From assembly GCA_963796285.1 (NCBI GenBank), contig CAWCKW010000003.1, forward strand, positions 128,001 through 192,000: a stretch of 64,000 nt of DNA, given 5' to 3'. Position 1 is the first letter of the stretch, and each line of letters begins with the position of its first letter. The translations under genes and the position numbers were made by a program. Source of the DNA: Nitrospirota bacterium (GTDB taxonomy: Bacteria > Nitrospirota > UBA9217). Below are positions 39,511-51,254 of this stretch, in pieces. Under the pieces are notes generated by a model, which searched no databases, had not been told where the DNA came from, and was given only the letters and a program-made list of their open reading frames with translations.

Positions 39511-39786
39511 ATGGGATGCCTAATTGCAGTTGTCGCCTTGGCTGCGCCCCGGGTACTGATAGTCTTCGCCTTTCTGTTGACGGACTGGTTCGGACGTGCA
39601 TTTCAGACCAGCGTGTGGCCGATCTTGGGATTCGTGTTCATGCCGTATACTACGCTCGCTTATATGGCGGCTATGCTGAACAACAATCACACGGTGTCAG
39701 GTGGCTGGCTGGTGCTTCTTGTTGTAGCCATTGTCGTCGATGCTGGACATTGGGGTGGTGGTGGAGCTACCTATCGTCGAAGATGA
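39511..39786 (+). CDS. Small hypothetical membrane protein
   Basis: AAGGAG RBS; 91 aa, 3 hydrophobic segments, WPILGFVFMPYTTLAY. Confidence 0.75.
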   Translation: MGCLIAVVALAAPRVLIVFAFLLTDWFGRAFQTSVWPILGFVFMPYTTLAYMAAMLNNNHTVSGGWLVLLVVAIVVDAGHWGGGGATYRRR

Positions 39787-40401
39787 CGCGGAAGTGAGTC
39801 GCGGAATCTACGAACCCTGCGGCAAACGACTGAGCAACGCGGAACGCAGAAAATGGCGAACCAGAGGTTCTTCCTGAACGGTTGCAATTGCAGTAAATCG
39901 AAAAACCAATAGTACCCTTAGACTTGCTTGTCTTTATACGGACATTCTCATATGGAGATTTGATGAGCGATCGATTGAAATCTACCTTAAAGTATTTCGG
40001 GATAGTACTTCTTGGGCTTTTTCTTGGCGCATTTCTTATAAAAACCCTTGAAATGTTTCTTCACGCGCTCTAGCAATCGAAACGTTTCATGCACTTTGCT
40101 TCCTGAAGCCCACAGCAGTTGAATAATTTGGAATTTACGGACTTCATGTCGAATTCGTGATAGCAAACCCAAATAATATTTGACTGTCCATTGCTTTTTT
40201 GTAAAAATATGCAACTACCCTTCGACTCGATTTCTCTGACCATTCAACCAGACTCGATCTCGTGATCGTGAAAAAGATGCTCACTATGATGAACAGTACG
40301 ATCACGTTGAAGAGCCGGACAGACGAAGGGACTATTGTAGAGATATTCATTCCTAAAAAAATGACCGAGAGATCTCAGTTTCTCTCTGATTGTGACTATA
40401 T

Positions 40402-41885
40402 ATGGTAACGAAGCCAATTGCGGTGCTGCTCATAGAAGACGATCCTGGTGACGCGGTTCTTATCCAGCGGCACTTGTCCAATAAGCAGAACGTTCATTAC
40501 GAAGTGACGCGTGTTGACCGGCTGAGTAACGGGCTGGCTTGCTTACAGAAAAGCGGTTTCGACGTCGTGCTTCTGGACCTCGGTTTGCCGGACTCGGCGG
40601 CGGGCTTCGGCGGTTTTGAAACGGTGCATGTGTATGCGCCCGACGTCCCCATAATCGTTCTGACTGGCTACGATAATGATGAATTCGCTATCGAGGCTGT
40701 TGAGAAAGGCGCTCAGGACTATCTTGTAAAAGGCCAGATCACCGACGTTATGCTGGGGCGCTCTATACGCTATGCTATCGGACGCCAGAAACTGCTCACG
40801 CAACTGGAACATTCCGCAAAGGAAATACAGGAGCGCAAGGGGACGGAAGAGTCGCTCCGGAGCGCGTATGCGGAAATCAAGCAGTTAAAGGACCGGTTCC
40901 AGGCTGAGAACATCTACCTGCAGAAGGTGATCGCCAGGGAATACAACTTCGGCGAGATCATCGGGCAAAGCAATGCTCTCGAGTATGTGTTCTTCAGGGT
41001 CGAACAGGTGGCGCCCCAGGATGCGACCGTTCTTCTCCTTGGCGAGACCGGCACCGGCAAGGGAGTGGTGGCCCGCGCCATCCACGGCAAGAGCAGCCGC
41101 AAGGACCGGCCCATGATAACGGTCAACTGCTCGGCGCTCCCGGCGAACCTCATCGAAAGCGAGCTCTTCGGGCGGGAAAAGGGCGCGTTCACCGGGTCCA
41201 ATGCCCGGCAGATCGGGCGCTTCGAACTGGCCGACGACGGCACCATGTTCCTCGACGAGATCGGCGAGATGCCGATGGACCTGCAGACCAAGCTGCTCAG
41301 GGTCATCCAGGACGGCGAGTTCGAGCGGCTGGGCAGCCCCCACACCATCAAGGTCAATGTGCGGATCATCGCGGCCAGCAACCGGAATCTGGAGGAGGAG
41401 ATCCGGAACGGCAGGTTCCGGGAAGACCTGTTCTACCGGCTGAATGTTTTCCCCATCACGATCCCGCCGCTCCGGCAGCGCAAGGAGGACATCCCGCTTC
41501 TCGTCGATCATTTTGTCGCCAAATTCAACAAGAAAACAGGCAAGAAGATCGAGACCGTGTCGAAAGAGACCCTGAACGCCCTCCAGGAATACCACTGGCC
41601 CGGCAACGTGCGCGAGCTGGAGAGTGTCATCGAGCGGGCGGTGATCACGAGCCAGGGGAGCGGCGTTGCAGGTACTGGACCGGTTCGTGAATTCCCGGAA
41701 GGCCGGTGAACAGGAGGCGCGGGACGGCAAAGGCCCTTGCCGAGCTGGAACACGACCACATCCTCCAGGTGCTCCAGAAAACCGGTTGGCGGATCGAGGG
41801 GAAAAACGGCGCAGCGGCGATCCTCGGTCTCAACCCCAGCACGCTTCGCGGCCGGATGCGGAAATACGGCATCCGCCGTTCATAA
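40402..41885 (+). pseudogene. REC + sigma-54-dependent AAA+ activator (FhlA/NtrC-like); Fis-HTH displaced by two frameshifts
   Basis: IEDD/LLDLGLPD receiver; GETGTGK, ESELFG..GAFTGS, FLDEIG, WPGNVRELE; HTH (GAAAILGLNPSTLRGRMRKYGI*) lies out of frame after ~41660 and ~41730. Confidence 0.88.
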
Positions 41886-42062
41886 ATACAGTTTCTTTCT
41901 AGAAAAACCTTGCCGCTCAAGCGAAGTGTTGTGTCTAAGTTTCAACCTGTATTTGTTAGTCGTTTGGATTATCTAAGAGTACACAGTAGTAGGTGCTACA
42001 GAGTAAACAACAAAACCCCAAAGGCATTGATTACTGCTGGTACTCACCAGTCATAAGGCTTC

Positions 42063-42900
42063 TTATTTCCCATGAAGTGTATCCATCCAACGTATCGCTT
42101 CTGTATCTGTTACCTTGCCGAGATAAACTTGCGTCGTTTTCAAATCGTGATGTCTGAGAAGAACCTTTGATATTATTTCCAAAGGTACACCATTACGACT
42201 GGCATACGTTGCGGAATGCCGCCGAAAATCATGAGGAGCAATCTTCACATTGAATTGGGCGCTAAGCCTCTTAATCATTGATCGAACGGTTGAATAGCAC
42301 ACAGAAAATAGTCTGTCATCTGGATTCAGACCTTTACTGCTGACATACTCAGCTATACGCTTGCAATTTGCTCTGGCATAAAAGCGATTTCTGCATCTTT
42401 GCCGGATTTCGGCTCTCTAATTATAAGCTTCCTGTCTGAAACGTCAGCAACTGTAAGCTTCAGGACTTCACCGACTCGCAAACCACATCTGCCTGTAGTT
42501 CCAGGATTAGCCTATCCCTCGTTGAAGTAGTTTTATAGATCAGCTCATCGACAAGTTCCTTGTCTAAGATCTTTTTGAGCATCTGTTTTGGCGTCCTGAA
42601 TTGTTTTGATAATAAGGTGTATGCACACGGGTTTTTAATATCCAGCGCGCATTCATCAATTACGTAGTTGAAAAAAGCTTTGACTTGCGCATACTTTAAT
42701 CGTCGAGTTGATCTTGATGCAGTCCCAACTATCGATTCAAGAAACCTTGATATATCATCGGGTGATATTGCATTCAGTGGCTGATCTGCAAAGCTGTACC
42801 GCAATTTAGAAAGCAAGTAGTTGTAACTGTGCTGCGTGCTCTGTTTCAGTGTTGACACGTGGTGGTATCTGAAGAAATTGATGCCCTCAAGAGTGTTCAT
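42063..42900 (-). pseudogene. Tyrosine recombinase/integrase with two frameshifts
   Basis: SAM-like N-terminus; reconstructed CGLRVGE, PKSGK, HDFRRH, LRH, QVYL catalytic set; breaks near 42490 and 42360; GGAGG RBS. Confidence 0.88.
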
Positions 42901-42951
42901 CGTATACCTCCTATATGAGATGGGCCTTCGGGGTTTTAATCAGCAGGGCGA

Positions 42952-42980
42952 TTGACAAGTCCTATAAAGAAGTATAAGCT
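42952..42980 (+). promoter_or_regulatory. Putative sigma-70 promoter divergent from the integrase
   Basis: TTGACA-17 nt-TAAGCT. Confidence 0.45.
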
Positions 42981-43408
42981 AATTTAGTCGAGGATACTTC
43001 CCAATACATTGTGGTTTCCATTTTTAGAAACGGTCAATACTTCATCTGGAATTGATTGGCTTCCCACCCCGAAAATACCCCATTAGGATCGCGACAATTT
43101 CAGCCTTTTGAAATTGCAGAGTTCATCTGGAATCCGTTACCCGCCTTGGCTCGTGTCTCCCGCTCTTTGGTCCCCAATTCGACAACCAGAACAACATATC
43201 TCGACGAAATGGTGTTGCGGCGGTAATTTTGCAACATTTTGTCGATCAGGAAAAACGAAGCTTAAAATCAGGGTTTCCTTATGAAATAAAAGTATATACT
43301 CTGATATAATAAAGAATGCTGACATTCATTATATTACCTATGCATAATATTATTAGCGTTTTGCCCTGCAGACTGACTTGAGCATTGTTTCATGAAGGGG
43401 GAGATCAG

Positions 43409-46400
43409 ATGTTAATCCAGGAAGACTATTTCAAGAACATTTTTAACACAGTTCGTGAAGCTATTCTCGTCCTGGACGAAAACATGAGAGTTCTGTCGGC
43501 CAATCGCAGTTTCTTCACTATTTTCAAAGTAGATGCCGCAAATACTATCGGCTCTCTTTTATACGATCTTGGAAACGGACAATGGAACATCCCGTACCTT
43601 CGCGTGCTGCTTGAAGATGTTCTTCCGAAGAACGACACCGTTGATGACTACGAAATTGAACATAATTTTGAGAGCATCGGGCAGAAAACCATGCTCCTTA
43701 ACGCCTGCAAAATCAGGGAAAAGAAAAACGACCTGCCGATAATCCTTCTCGCCATCGAGGACATTACCGAGCGCAAACGATTGGAAGACCTGTTGACAGA
43801 TTCTGAAAAGCGCTACAGGCGTGTTTTTGAGACCGCAAGCGACAGCATCGTGCTTCTCGAAAAACGCGAAGGGACATATAATCCAAGCTAATCCGGCCAC
43901 CGAGAAAATGTTGGGTTATTCCGAAAAGGAGTGCGTCGGGAAAAACCTTCAGGATATCGGTGTATCGCTCGATATGAGTGATTTCGCAGCGATAATGCAA
44001 GCCTTGAACAAGAAAGGTATTCTTAATTACGATGATGTTCCGGTAAAAACCAGGTACGGGCAAGATATCAACGCGGATATCTACATGGTCGACAGGGCAA
44101 AGCTGGCACAATGTAATATTCGAGATGTCACTGAACGGAAGCACAAAGAGGAGAATATCCAGAAGCTGAACCGGATATTAGTGGCGCGCAGCAATAGCAG
44201 CAAGGCCCTGATAAGCGCCAGTGATGAGTCATGGTATCTCAATGAAGTCTGCAGGATCATTGTCGAGGACTGCGGCCATGCCCTGGTCTGGATCGGATTT
44301 GCGGAGCAGGATGAAGGCAGGACCGTCAGGCCGGTGGCCCACGCAGGCTTTGAGGAGGGCTATCTTGATGTATTGAATATCACGTGGATGGACACAGAAC
44401 GCGGCCGCGGTCCTGTCGGAACGGCTATCAGAACGGGCAAGCCTTCCGTCATCCACGATATCCACGGCAATCCCGCATTCTGCACCTTGGCGCGATGAGG
44501 CTGTCAAGCGGGGATATGCCTCGATAATCGGCGTCCCACTCCTGGCAGAGGGAAAAGCCTTCGGTTCTCTCAATATCTACTCCCGGCAGCAGGACCCCTT
44601 TTCCAAAGACGAAGTGCAGCTGCTTACTGATCTGGCCGCGGACCTGTCGTACGGCATCGCCACCATCAGATCGCGTGCCGCGCAGGCAGAGGCTGGCAAA
44701 GCGCTGATCGAGAGCGAAGAGCGATTCCGTCTGGCAATTCAGGCAACGAAAGATGGCATTTGGGAATGGAATATTCTAACCAATCAGGTTTTCTTTTCCC
44801 CTCGGTTGTGTGAGATTATCGGATATTCGGTTGATGATCCGGAATTTCCACATTCGTATAAAGCATGGGCAGAAAGAATCCACCCTGATGACTACGAGCG
44901 GGTGCAGAAGGCAATGACCGACCATCTTGAAAAAAGGACGAAATATGATATTGATTATCGTCATCGGCATAAATCTGGTGAATACCGCTGGCAAAACTCC
45001 ACAGGAGAGGCGATTTTTGACGAGAGTGGGAAATTCACGAAGATGGTCGGATGTATCTCAGACATAACCGAGCGCAAGAAGGCGGAAGAAACGCTGTACA
45101 TAAAAGAACACCAGCTCACTGAAGCGCAGCGCATAGGGCAAATCGGTAATTGGGATTGGGATTCGACAACTGACACAATTATCTGGTCTGATGAGTATTA
45201 TCATATCTTTGGCATTGATCCGAAACTGCCCGCTCCTAACTACCATGAGCATCTGAAGGCTTATACCGCGGAGAGCGGCGCGCGGCTCGATGCAGCGGTA
45301 AAAAAAGCCATGCAGACCGGAGAGGCTTACGAACTCGATCTGGAGTTTGCCGATCCGGGCAAACGGACAAGGTGGATTTGTGCGCGCGGCGAAGTAAAAA
45401 AAGACGCAAACGGCCGCATCGTAGGTCTTCGCGGCACGGCCCAAGACATCACCGAGAGGAAGAAGGCAGAAGATCGCCTTGTTGTTTTGAATCAGGCCAT
45501 TGAGGCATTACCTGTTGGTGTGACCATAAGCGATTTGGAAGGAAAAATACTATATATAAATCCATTTGACGTAGAGACTCACGGATATGTCATTGACGAA
45601 TTGATAGGAAAAAATGCGCGGATATTCGCCCCTGAAGAATATAGTCGGCCAATAAATATCGCGGTATTGAGTTCCATGAAAGTCTGGAAAAGGGAAACTG
45701 TAAATATCAAAAAGAGCGGTGACATATTTCCTGTATATTTGATATCCCTGTCTGTCAGGACTTCCGATGGAAAACCTATTGGAATTGTTACTGTATGTGA
45801 GGACTTAACTGAAAGGCAAAAACTTGAAGAGCAACTCCGTCAATCCCAGAAGATGGAGGCTGTCGGCACGCTGGCCGGGGGGGTTGCACATGATTTCAAT
45901 AATATCCTCAATGTAATTATGGGATATGGCACCATGGTCATGGACAAGTTGGAAGCCGGTAGTCCTTCAAAGGAACAGATGAATGAGGTGCTCAGTGCCG
46001 CCGACAGGGCTGCGAATCTGACCAGGAGGCTGCTTGTCTTCAGCAGAAAACAGGCTGTTGAAGTGAAGCCCGTTAATATCAATGAGCTTATCCTCGGACT
46101 GCAGAAAATGCTTGTCCGGATTATCAGAGAGAGCATTGAATTTAATTTGGACCTTGCGGACAGGCCCTTGATAGTGCTGGCTGATGCCGGCCAGATAGAA
46201 CAGGTGCTGATGAACCTTGCCGCAAATGCAAAGGATGCGATGCAGGAGGGCGGCCGGCTGACGATCGGCAAAAACTTGAGGAAGTAGATGATGAATATGT
46301 TGCAGCGTATGGATATGGAAAGCCTGGAAGGTATGTGCTTATCACGGTTGCTGATACAGGGCACGGGAATGGATGAGGAAACTCAGAAGAAAATATTCGA

Positions 46401-46970
46401 GCCTTTTTTTACCACAAAAGGTATTGGCGAAGGGACAGGGCTTGGCCTTGCAATTTCCTATGGAATAATAAAACAGCATAGCGGATACATAAAGGTCTAC
46501 AGCGAACCGGGACAAGGTACGGTCTTTAAAATATATCTGCCTCTCGCTGAAGAAACGGCATCCCTGCATAAGAAGACGGAGATTGCCGTCCCGGTTAAGG
46601 GCGGCAATGAGACTATCCTCGTGGCCGAGGACGACGCTTCGCTGAGGAATTTGGCAAGGATCGTACTGGAGTCCTTCGGCTACACTGTTATCTCCGCAGA
46701 GGACGGGGAAGATGCGATCGCAAAATTCATGGAGAACAGGGACCGTATCAACCTCGCCCTGCTTGATATGATCATGCCGAAGAAAAACGGGAAAGAGGTC
46801 AGTGAGGCGATCAGAAAAGTCAACCCTCGGATAAAAGTACTCTTTGTGAGCGGATATACCATGGATATCATCAAGAGCAAAGAATTGACAGAGGCCGGTT
46901 TTGACTTCATCCACAAGCCTTTCCCGCCACAAACCTTTTGATAAAGGTAAGGGAGGTCCTGGATCGATGA
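43409..46970 (+). pseudogene. Multi-PAS/GAF hybrid sensor histidine kinase with receiver domain, about five frameshifts
   Basis: Consecutive ORFs: PAS, PAS, GAF, PAS x3, AHDFNNIL H-box, NLAANAKDA, FFTTK..GTGLGL, REC; joins at ~43872, ~44481, ~46272, ~46360, ~46932. Confidence 0.88.
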
Positions 46971-48033
46971 GCGAAAAAATACTGATTGTCGACGATGAGG
47001 ATGCAAATCTCAGGCTGCTTACCCAGTGGCTCATTCCGTTAGGCTATGCTATTGAAATAGCCTCAAACGGAGAAGAGGCTGTACGGAAGGCCAGGGACAG
47101 CAGACCTGACCTGATAATACTTGATATCATGATGCCGGTCATGGATGGCTATGAGGCGTGCAAACGTATTAAGGCTGATCTTGATACTGCGAATACCCCG
47201 ATCATCATGGTCACGGCTTTGCATGACAAGGAATCCAAACTTAAAGGACTTGAAGCAGGCGCAAATGAATTTCTTTCCAAACCCATTGACCGGTCGGAGC
47301 TGATCATACGGGCGAAGAACCTCCTTGCGATCAAGGCATCCGCAGATTTTATGCTCAGGCATTATCAAATACTGGAGGATGAGGTCAGGAAAAGGACACT
47401 TGAACTTGACGATTCTATGAGAGATCTCGCAAATATGAGCAACGAGATGGTCCTGAAGTTGATGGCTGCAGCAGAATTCAGGGATACGGACACAGGTGCT
47501 CATATAGCGAGAATAGGGTTTTATGCTAATAAGATCGCAGCAGCGATGGATATGCCGATGGACTTTATTGAGACGATAACCTCTGCGAGTTTGCTGCATG
47601 ACATCGGGAAGATCGGGATCCCGGACAGCATTCTCTTAAAGCCGGGTCCTCTTACACGAGATGAATATGAGATTATGAAGACTCATTGCGCAATGGGAAA
47701 TAAAATACTCTTCGGGATCAACCTATCCCAGATATTCAGATGGCTGCCTCCATTGCCTTAAATCATCACGAACGGTGGGACGGCGGGGGCTATCCAGGTG
47801 GCCTTAAAAGAGGAGAAACACCCGCTGAGGGCAGGATTGTCATGCTTGTCGACCAGTATGACGCTCTCAGGTGTCATAGGCCCTACAAAGCAGCCTTTGA
47901 CCATCAAAAGACCTTCACGATCATTACCGAGGGTGACGGAAGGACCGTGCCAGAACATTTTGATCCAGCGGTCCTCAAGGCTTTCAAGGAAATCGCACCA
48001 TTATTTGAAGAGATATTCGATCAACACCAATAG
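46967..48033 (+). pseudogene. REC + HD-GYP c-di-GMP phosphodiesterase (RpfG-like), frameshifted
   Basis: IVDDE/LDIMMP receiver; [28 protein letters not shown]; break at ~47710-47735; ATGA overlap with the kinase. Confidence 0.88.
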
Positions 48034-48471
48034 GAATCATCAAAAAAATCAGTTGTGAGAACAACGAGGCCGGGTACACAGTGTTAAAATAACTGAGATT
48101 TGATTTCACTGGGTTGCTGCTGTCCTCAGGAAATTGTGACTTCAGAATTGCATCTTTCCTCATGTTCTACCCATATATGACGTTGTGTCCGAAGTGAACT
48201 TACGAACCCGAAGACTAAACGAGATCTTCGTTAGCATGTTTCAACCGGTACTTGACAAATATTTCGGCTTAGCGAAAGTACAGGTTTGTAGGTGTACCAA
48301 ATAATCCACAATTTGTCGATGAATGCACGATTTCAACATGAAATCGGCAGTACAATACCTTTTGTCTTGTATGAAAGCTCTATGCATGACATTGCAGGAT
48401 GAACCAAAGTTCGCGGTTCCCCTGTCTAACGCAAAGCTCTTCGTCTTACACCAGCTCTAACAATTTTCCCC

Positions 48472-48500
48472 TTGTACATCCATCCGGATTCTTGTATATT
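48472..48500 (+). promoter_or_regulatory. Putative sigma-70 promoter of hisC
   Basis: TTGTAC-17 nt-TATATT, 9 nt before ATG 48510, no SD. Confidence 0.5.
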
Positions 48501-48509
48501 CCCCATACC

Positions 48510-49598
48510 ATGGCCGCAAAATCAGAAAAAAATAAGGACATCTCAACGCTCATCAGGCCCCAGGTGCGCAAGCTCGCGGCGTACCACGTCGACGAAACGC
48601 CGGTCCGCATCAAGCTTGACGCCATGGAGAACCCGTTTCTTATGCCCGAAGCGGTGCGGCGCGAGATGGCGGAGGTCGTCCGCAAAACACCGATCAACCT
48701 TTACCCCGATCCCTCGGCCAAAGAGGTGAAAAAGTCCATTGCCTCATTCTGGAAGATGAGGCCGGAGCAGATGATCCTCGGCAATGGTTCCGACGAACTG
48801 ATCCAGGCGATCATCCTCGCCTTCGGCGGCCCGGTGCTCGTTCCCGTGCCGACCTTTGCCATGTACGAGATCACCTCACGCGCTCTCGCGCAGAGCGTGG
48901 TCACCGTGCCGCTCGACGACACCTTTGACCTCGACGCGGACCTGTTGCTCAAGAAGGCAAAAGAACGCAAGGTGAAAGTCATCTTCCTCGCCTGCCCGAA
49001 CAATCCTACGGGAAACCGTTTCTCGGACACGGCGATCAGGAAGGTCCTGGACAATGCCGATGCAGCGGTCGTGATCGATGAGGCCTATTTCAGCTTCTCC
49101 AACAAGACCTATCTGCCGCTCCTGAAGAAGTACCCCAACATGATCATCCTCAGGACGCTTTCGAAGATCGGTTTTGCCGGCCTCCGCATCGGCGTGCTGA
49201 CCGCCTCGCAGGCCATTGTTGATGAACTGAACAAGATCAGGCTTCCGTACAATATCAACAGCCTGTCCCAGGCGGTCGGGGTAACTGCGCTCAAGCATAA
49301 CACAGTCATCAACCGCCAGATTTCCCTGTTGATTTCAGAACGGGAAAGATTATATAATGAACTGACAAAACTGCGGAATGTCATTGCCTATTTGTCAGAG
49401 ACCAATTTCATCATGTTCAGGACCGCTGCGGATGCATCAGGCATCCACAGAAAGCTCAAGCAGGCCGGTATCCTTATCAAGAACCTGAACAAGCCGGGCC
49501 CGCTCAAGAACTGCCTTCGGGTGACCATCGGGACGCCTGAGCAGAACAAGGCCTTCATTGCCGCACTGAAAAAAATCCTGGACACTGATGAACACTGA
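48510..49598 (+). CDS. hisC: Histidinol-phosphate aminotransferase
   Basis: KLDAMENP, YPDP, GNGSDELI, PNNPTG, VIDEAY, RTLSKIG, RVTIGT. Confidence 0.97.
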   Translation: MAAKSEKNKDISTLIRPQVRKLAAYHVDETPVRIKLDAMENPFLMPEAVRREMAEVVRKTPINLYPDPSAKEVKKSIASFWKMRPEQMILGNGSDELIQAIILAFGGPVLVPVPTFAMYEITSRALAQSVVTVPLDDTFDLDADLLLKKAKERKVKVIFLACPNNPTGNRFSDTAIRKVLDNADAAVVIDEAYFSFSNKTYLPLLKKYPNMIILRTLSKIGFAGLRIGVLTASQAIVDELNKIRLPYNINSLSQAVGVTALKHNTVINRQISLLISERERLYNELTKLRNVIAYLSETNFIMFRTAADASGIHRKLKQAGILIKNLNKPGPLKNCLRVTIGTPEQNKAFIAALKKILDTDEH

Positions 49599-49659
49599 TG
49601 GCAGCTCTGATAAGAACCGAAACGACTTGATCATACTGTTTCAGTGAAAATCAGTGTCA
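49580..49659. repeat. Palindromic nonamer repeat (ACACTGAT type) overlapping the hisC stop
   Basis: GACACTGATGAACACTGAT .. TTCAGTGAAAATCAGTGTC. Confidence 0.7.
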
Positions 49660-49679
49660 ACGATTGCAAGGAGATCCGC

Positions 49680-50270
49680 ATGCCCCGAAAGGCAACGATC
49701 GAACGCAAGACCAAAGAGACGGACATCAAGATATCGCTGAACCTTGACGGGACCGGCCAGTACCGCATCAAGACCTCGGTGCCGTTCATGGACCACATGT
49801 TCTCGCACATTGCCAAGCACGGTTTCTTCGACTTGATGATCAAGGCAAAGGGCGACACGGAGATCGACGACCACCACACCGTGGAAGACCTCGGCATCGC
49901 CTTCGGCCAGGCGCTCAAGAAGGCGCTCGGGGACAGCAAGGGCATCCGCCGGTATGGCGAGGCGACCGTGCCCATGGACGAGACGCTCGCGCAGGTGGTC
50001 ATGGACCTCTCCGGCAGGCCGTACCTCGTGTACCAGCTGGACCTGCCGAAAAAATACAAGCTCAAGGACTTCGACCCCGGACTTGCCGAGGACTTCTTCC
50101 GCTCTGTTGCCAACCACGCAGGCATGAACCTCCACATCCGCATACTCTATGGCCGCGATGTCCACCACATGCTCGAAGGCATCTTCAAGGCCTTCGGCCG
50201 CGCCCTGGACCAGGCCACCAGCCTGGACCCGAGGATCAAGGGCGTGCTCTCGACGAAGGGCAAGATATAA
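49680..50270 (+). CDS. hisB: Imidazoleglycerol-phosphate dehydratase
   Basis: [38 protein letters not shown]. Confidence 0.98.
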   Translation: MPRKATIERKTKETDIKISLNLDGTGQYRIKTSVPFMDHMFSHIAKHGFFDLMIKAKGDTEIDDHHTVEDLGIAFGQALKKALGDSKGIRRYGEATVPMDETLAQVVMDLSGRPYLVYQLDLPKKYKLKDFDPGLAEDFFRSVANHAGMNLHIRILYGRDVHHMLEGIFKAFGRALDQATSLDPRIKGVLSTKGKI

Positions 50271-50278
50271 ACCTTTTT

Positions 50279-50360
50279 TTACCGCGGAGGACGCGGAGAG
50301 CGCCGAGAAGTTAATATCTTTAGACTTTCAACTCTGCGTGCTCTGCGGTGCTCTGCGGTG
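50279..50360. repeat. Palindromic nonamer repeat (CGCAGAG / CTCTGCG type)
   Basis: ACCGCGGAGGACGCGGAGAGCGCCGAG .. CTCTGCGTGCTCTGCGGTGCTCTGCGGTG. Confidence 0.75.
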
Positions 50361-50372
50361 GAGCCTTTTACA

Positions 50373-50990
50373 ATGATCGCAATCATCGATTACGGAATGG
50401 GAAATCTCAGGAGCGTCCAGAAGGGCTTTGAACACACCGGCCATGAGGCCGTGGTCACCAGCGACGCCAAGACGATCCTGAATGCGGACAAGGTCGTGCT
50501 GCCCGGCGTGGGCGCGTTCTCCGATTGCATGAAGAACCTTGAGCAGTACGGCCTCATCGATGCCGTGCGCACAAGCATCCGCTCCGGCAAACCCTTTCTC
50601 GGGATCTGCCTGGGCCTCCAGCTGCTCTTTACGGAAAGTGAGGAGTTCGGGATATCCAAAGGCCTGGACATCATTAAAGGAAGGGTCATCCGATTCAAAG
50701 GTCCCGAATTCGCCGACCTCAAGATCCCTCACATGGGCTGGAACTCACTTACCTTCAAGAAGCGGCCGACTGCGCTCATAGACGTGCCGGAGAACAGCCA
50801 TGTGTATTTCGTGCATTCGTTCCATGTCGTGCCCGATGATAAGGCCGTGATCGCGACCACCACCCCGTACGGCATCGACTTCGTCTCAAGCATCTGGAAG
50901 GACAACATCCTTGCGGTCCAGTTCCACCCCGAGAAGAGCCAGGCGCTGGGGTTGTCGATCCTGAAAAGATTCGGGGAACAGAAAGGCTAA
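50373..50990 (+). CDS. hisH: Imidazole glycerol phosphate synthase, glutaminase subunit
   Basis: IDYGMGNLRSV, LPGVG, GICLG, PHMGWN, YFVHS, QFHPEKS. Confidence 0.98.
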   Translation: MIAIIDYGMGNLRSVQKGFEHTGHEAVVTSDAKTILNADKVVLPGVGAFSDCMKNLEQYGLIDAVRTSIRSGKPFLGICLGLQLLFTESEEFGISKGLDIIKGRVIRFKGPEFADLKIPHMGWNSLTFKKRPTALIDVPENSHVYFVHSFHVVPDDKAVIATTTPYGIDFVSSIWKDNILAVQFHPEKSQALGLSILKRFGEQKG

Positions 50991-51037
50991 TTTCACCGCA
51001 GAGGTCGCAGAGAACGCGGAGAAAACCTAATAATTCT

Positions 51038-51191
51038 GCAATTAATCAGGACCTAAAATATATGCTCACACGAAGGCACGAAAGCACACGAAGGAAAGCA
51101 CAGTTGCATCTTGCTTTTTGGTTCAAACCCAGGAATTAAAGCCTTTCTTCGTGCCTTTGTGGCTTCGTGAGACAATGATCTGAGTAGTTAC
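51038..51191 (+). mobile_element. MITE-like element, copy 1 (IS66-like ends), nested in a nonamer palindrome
   Basis: Ends GCAATTAATCAG / CTGAGTAGTTAC; flanks ATAATTCT / ATTGTTCT; internal CACGAAG repeats; similar to 57181 and 59022. Confidence 0.65.
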
Positions 51192-51254
51192 ATTGTTCTC
51201 TATGTTTTTTTCTCAGCGTCTCAGCGCCTCCGCGGTTAATTTTTTTGAGGTTTT

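Noticed and set aside
39987-40350. Two overlapping AT-rich minus-strand ORFs
   Set aside because: Possibly one frameshifted hypothetical gene, but no recognisable family
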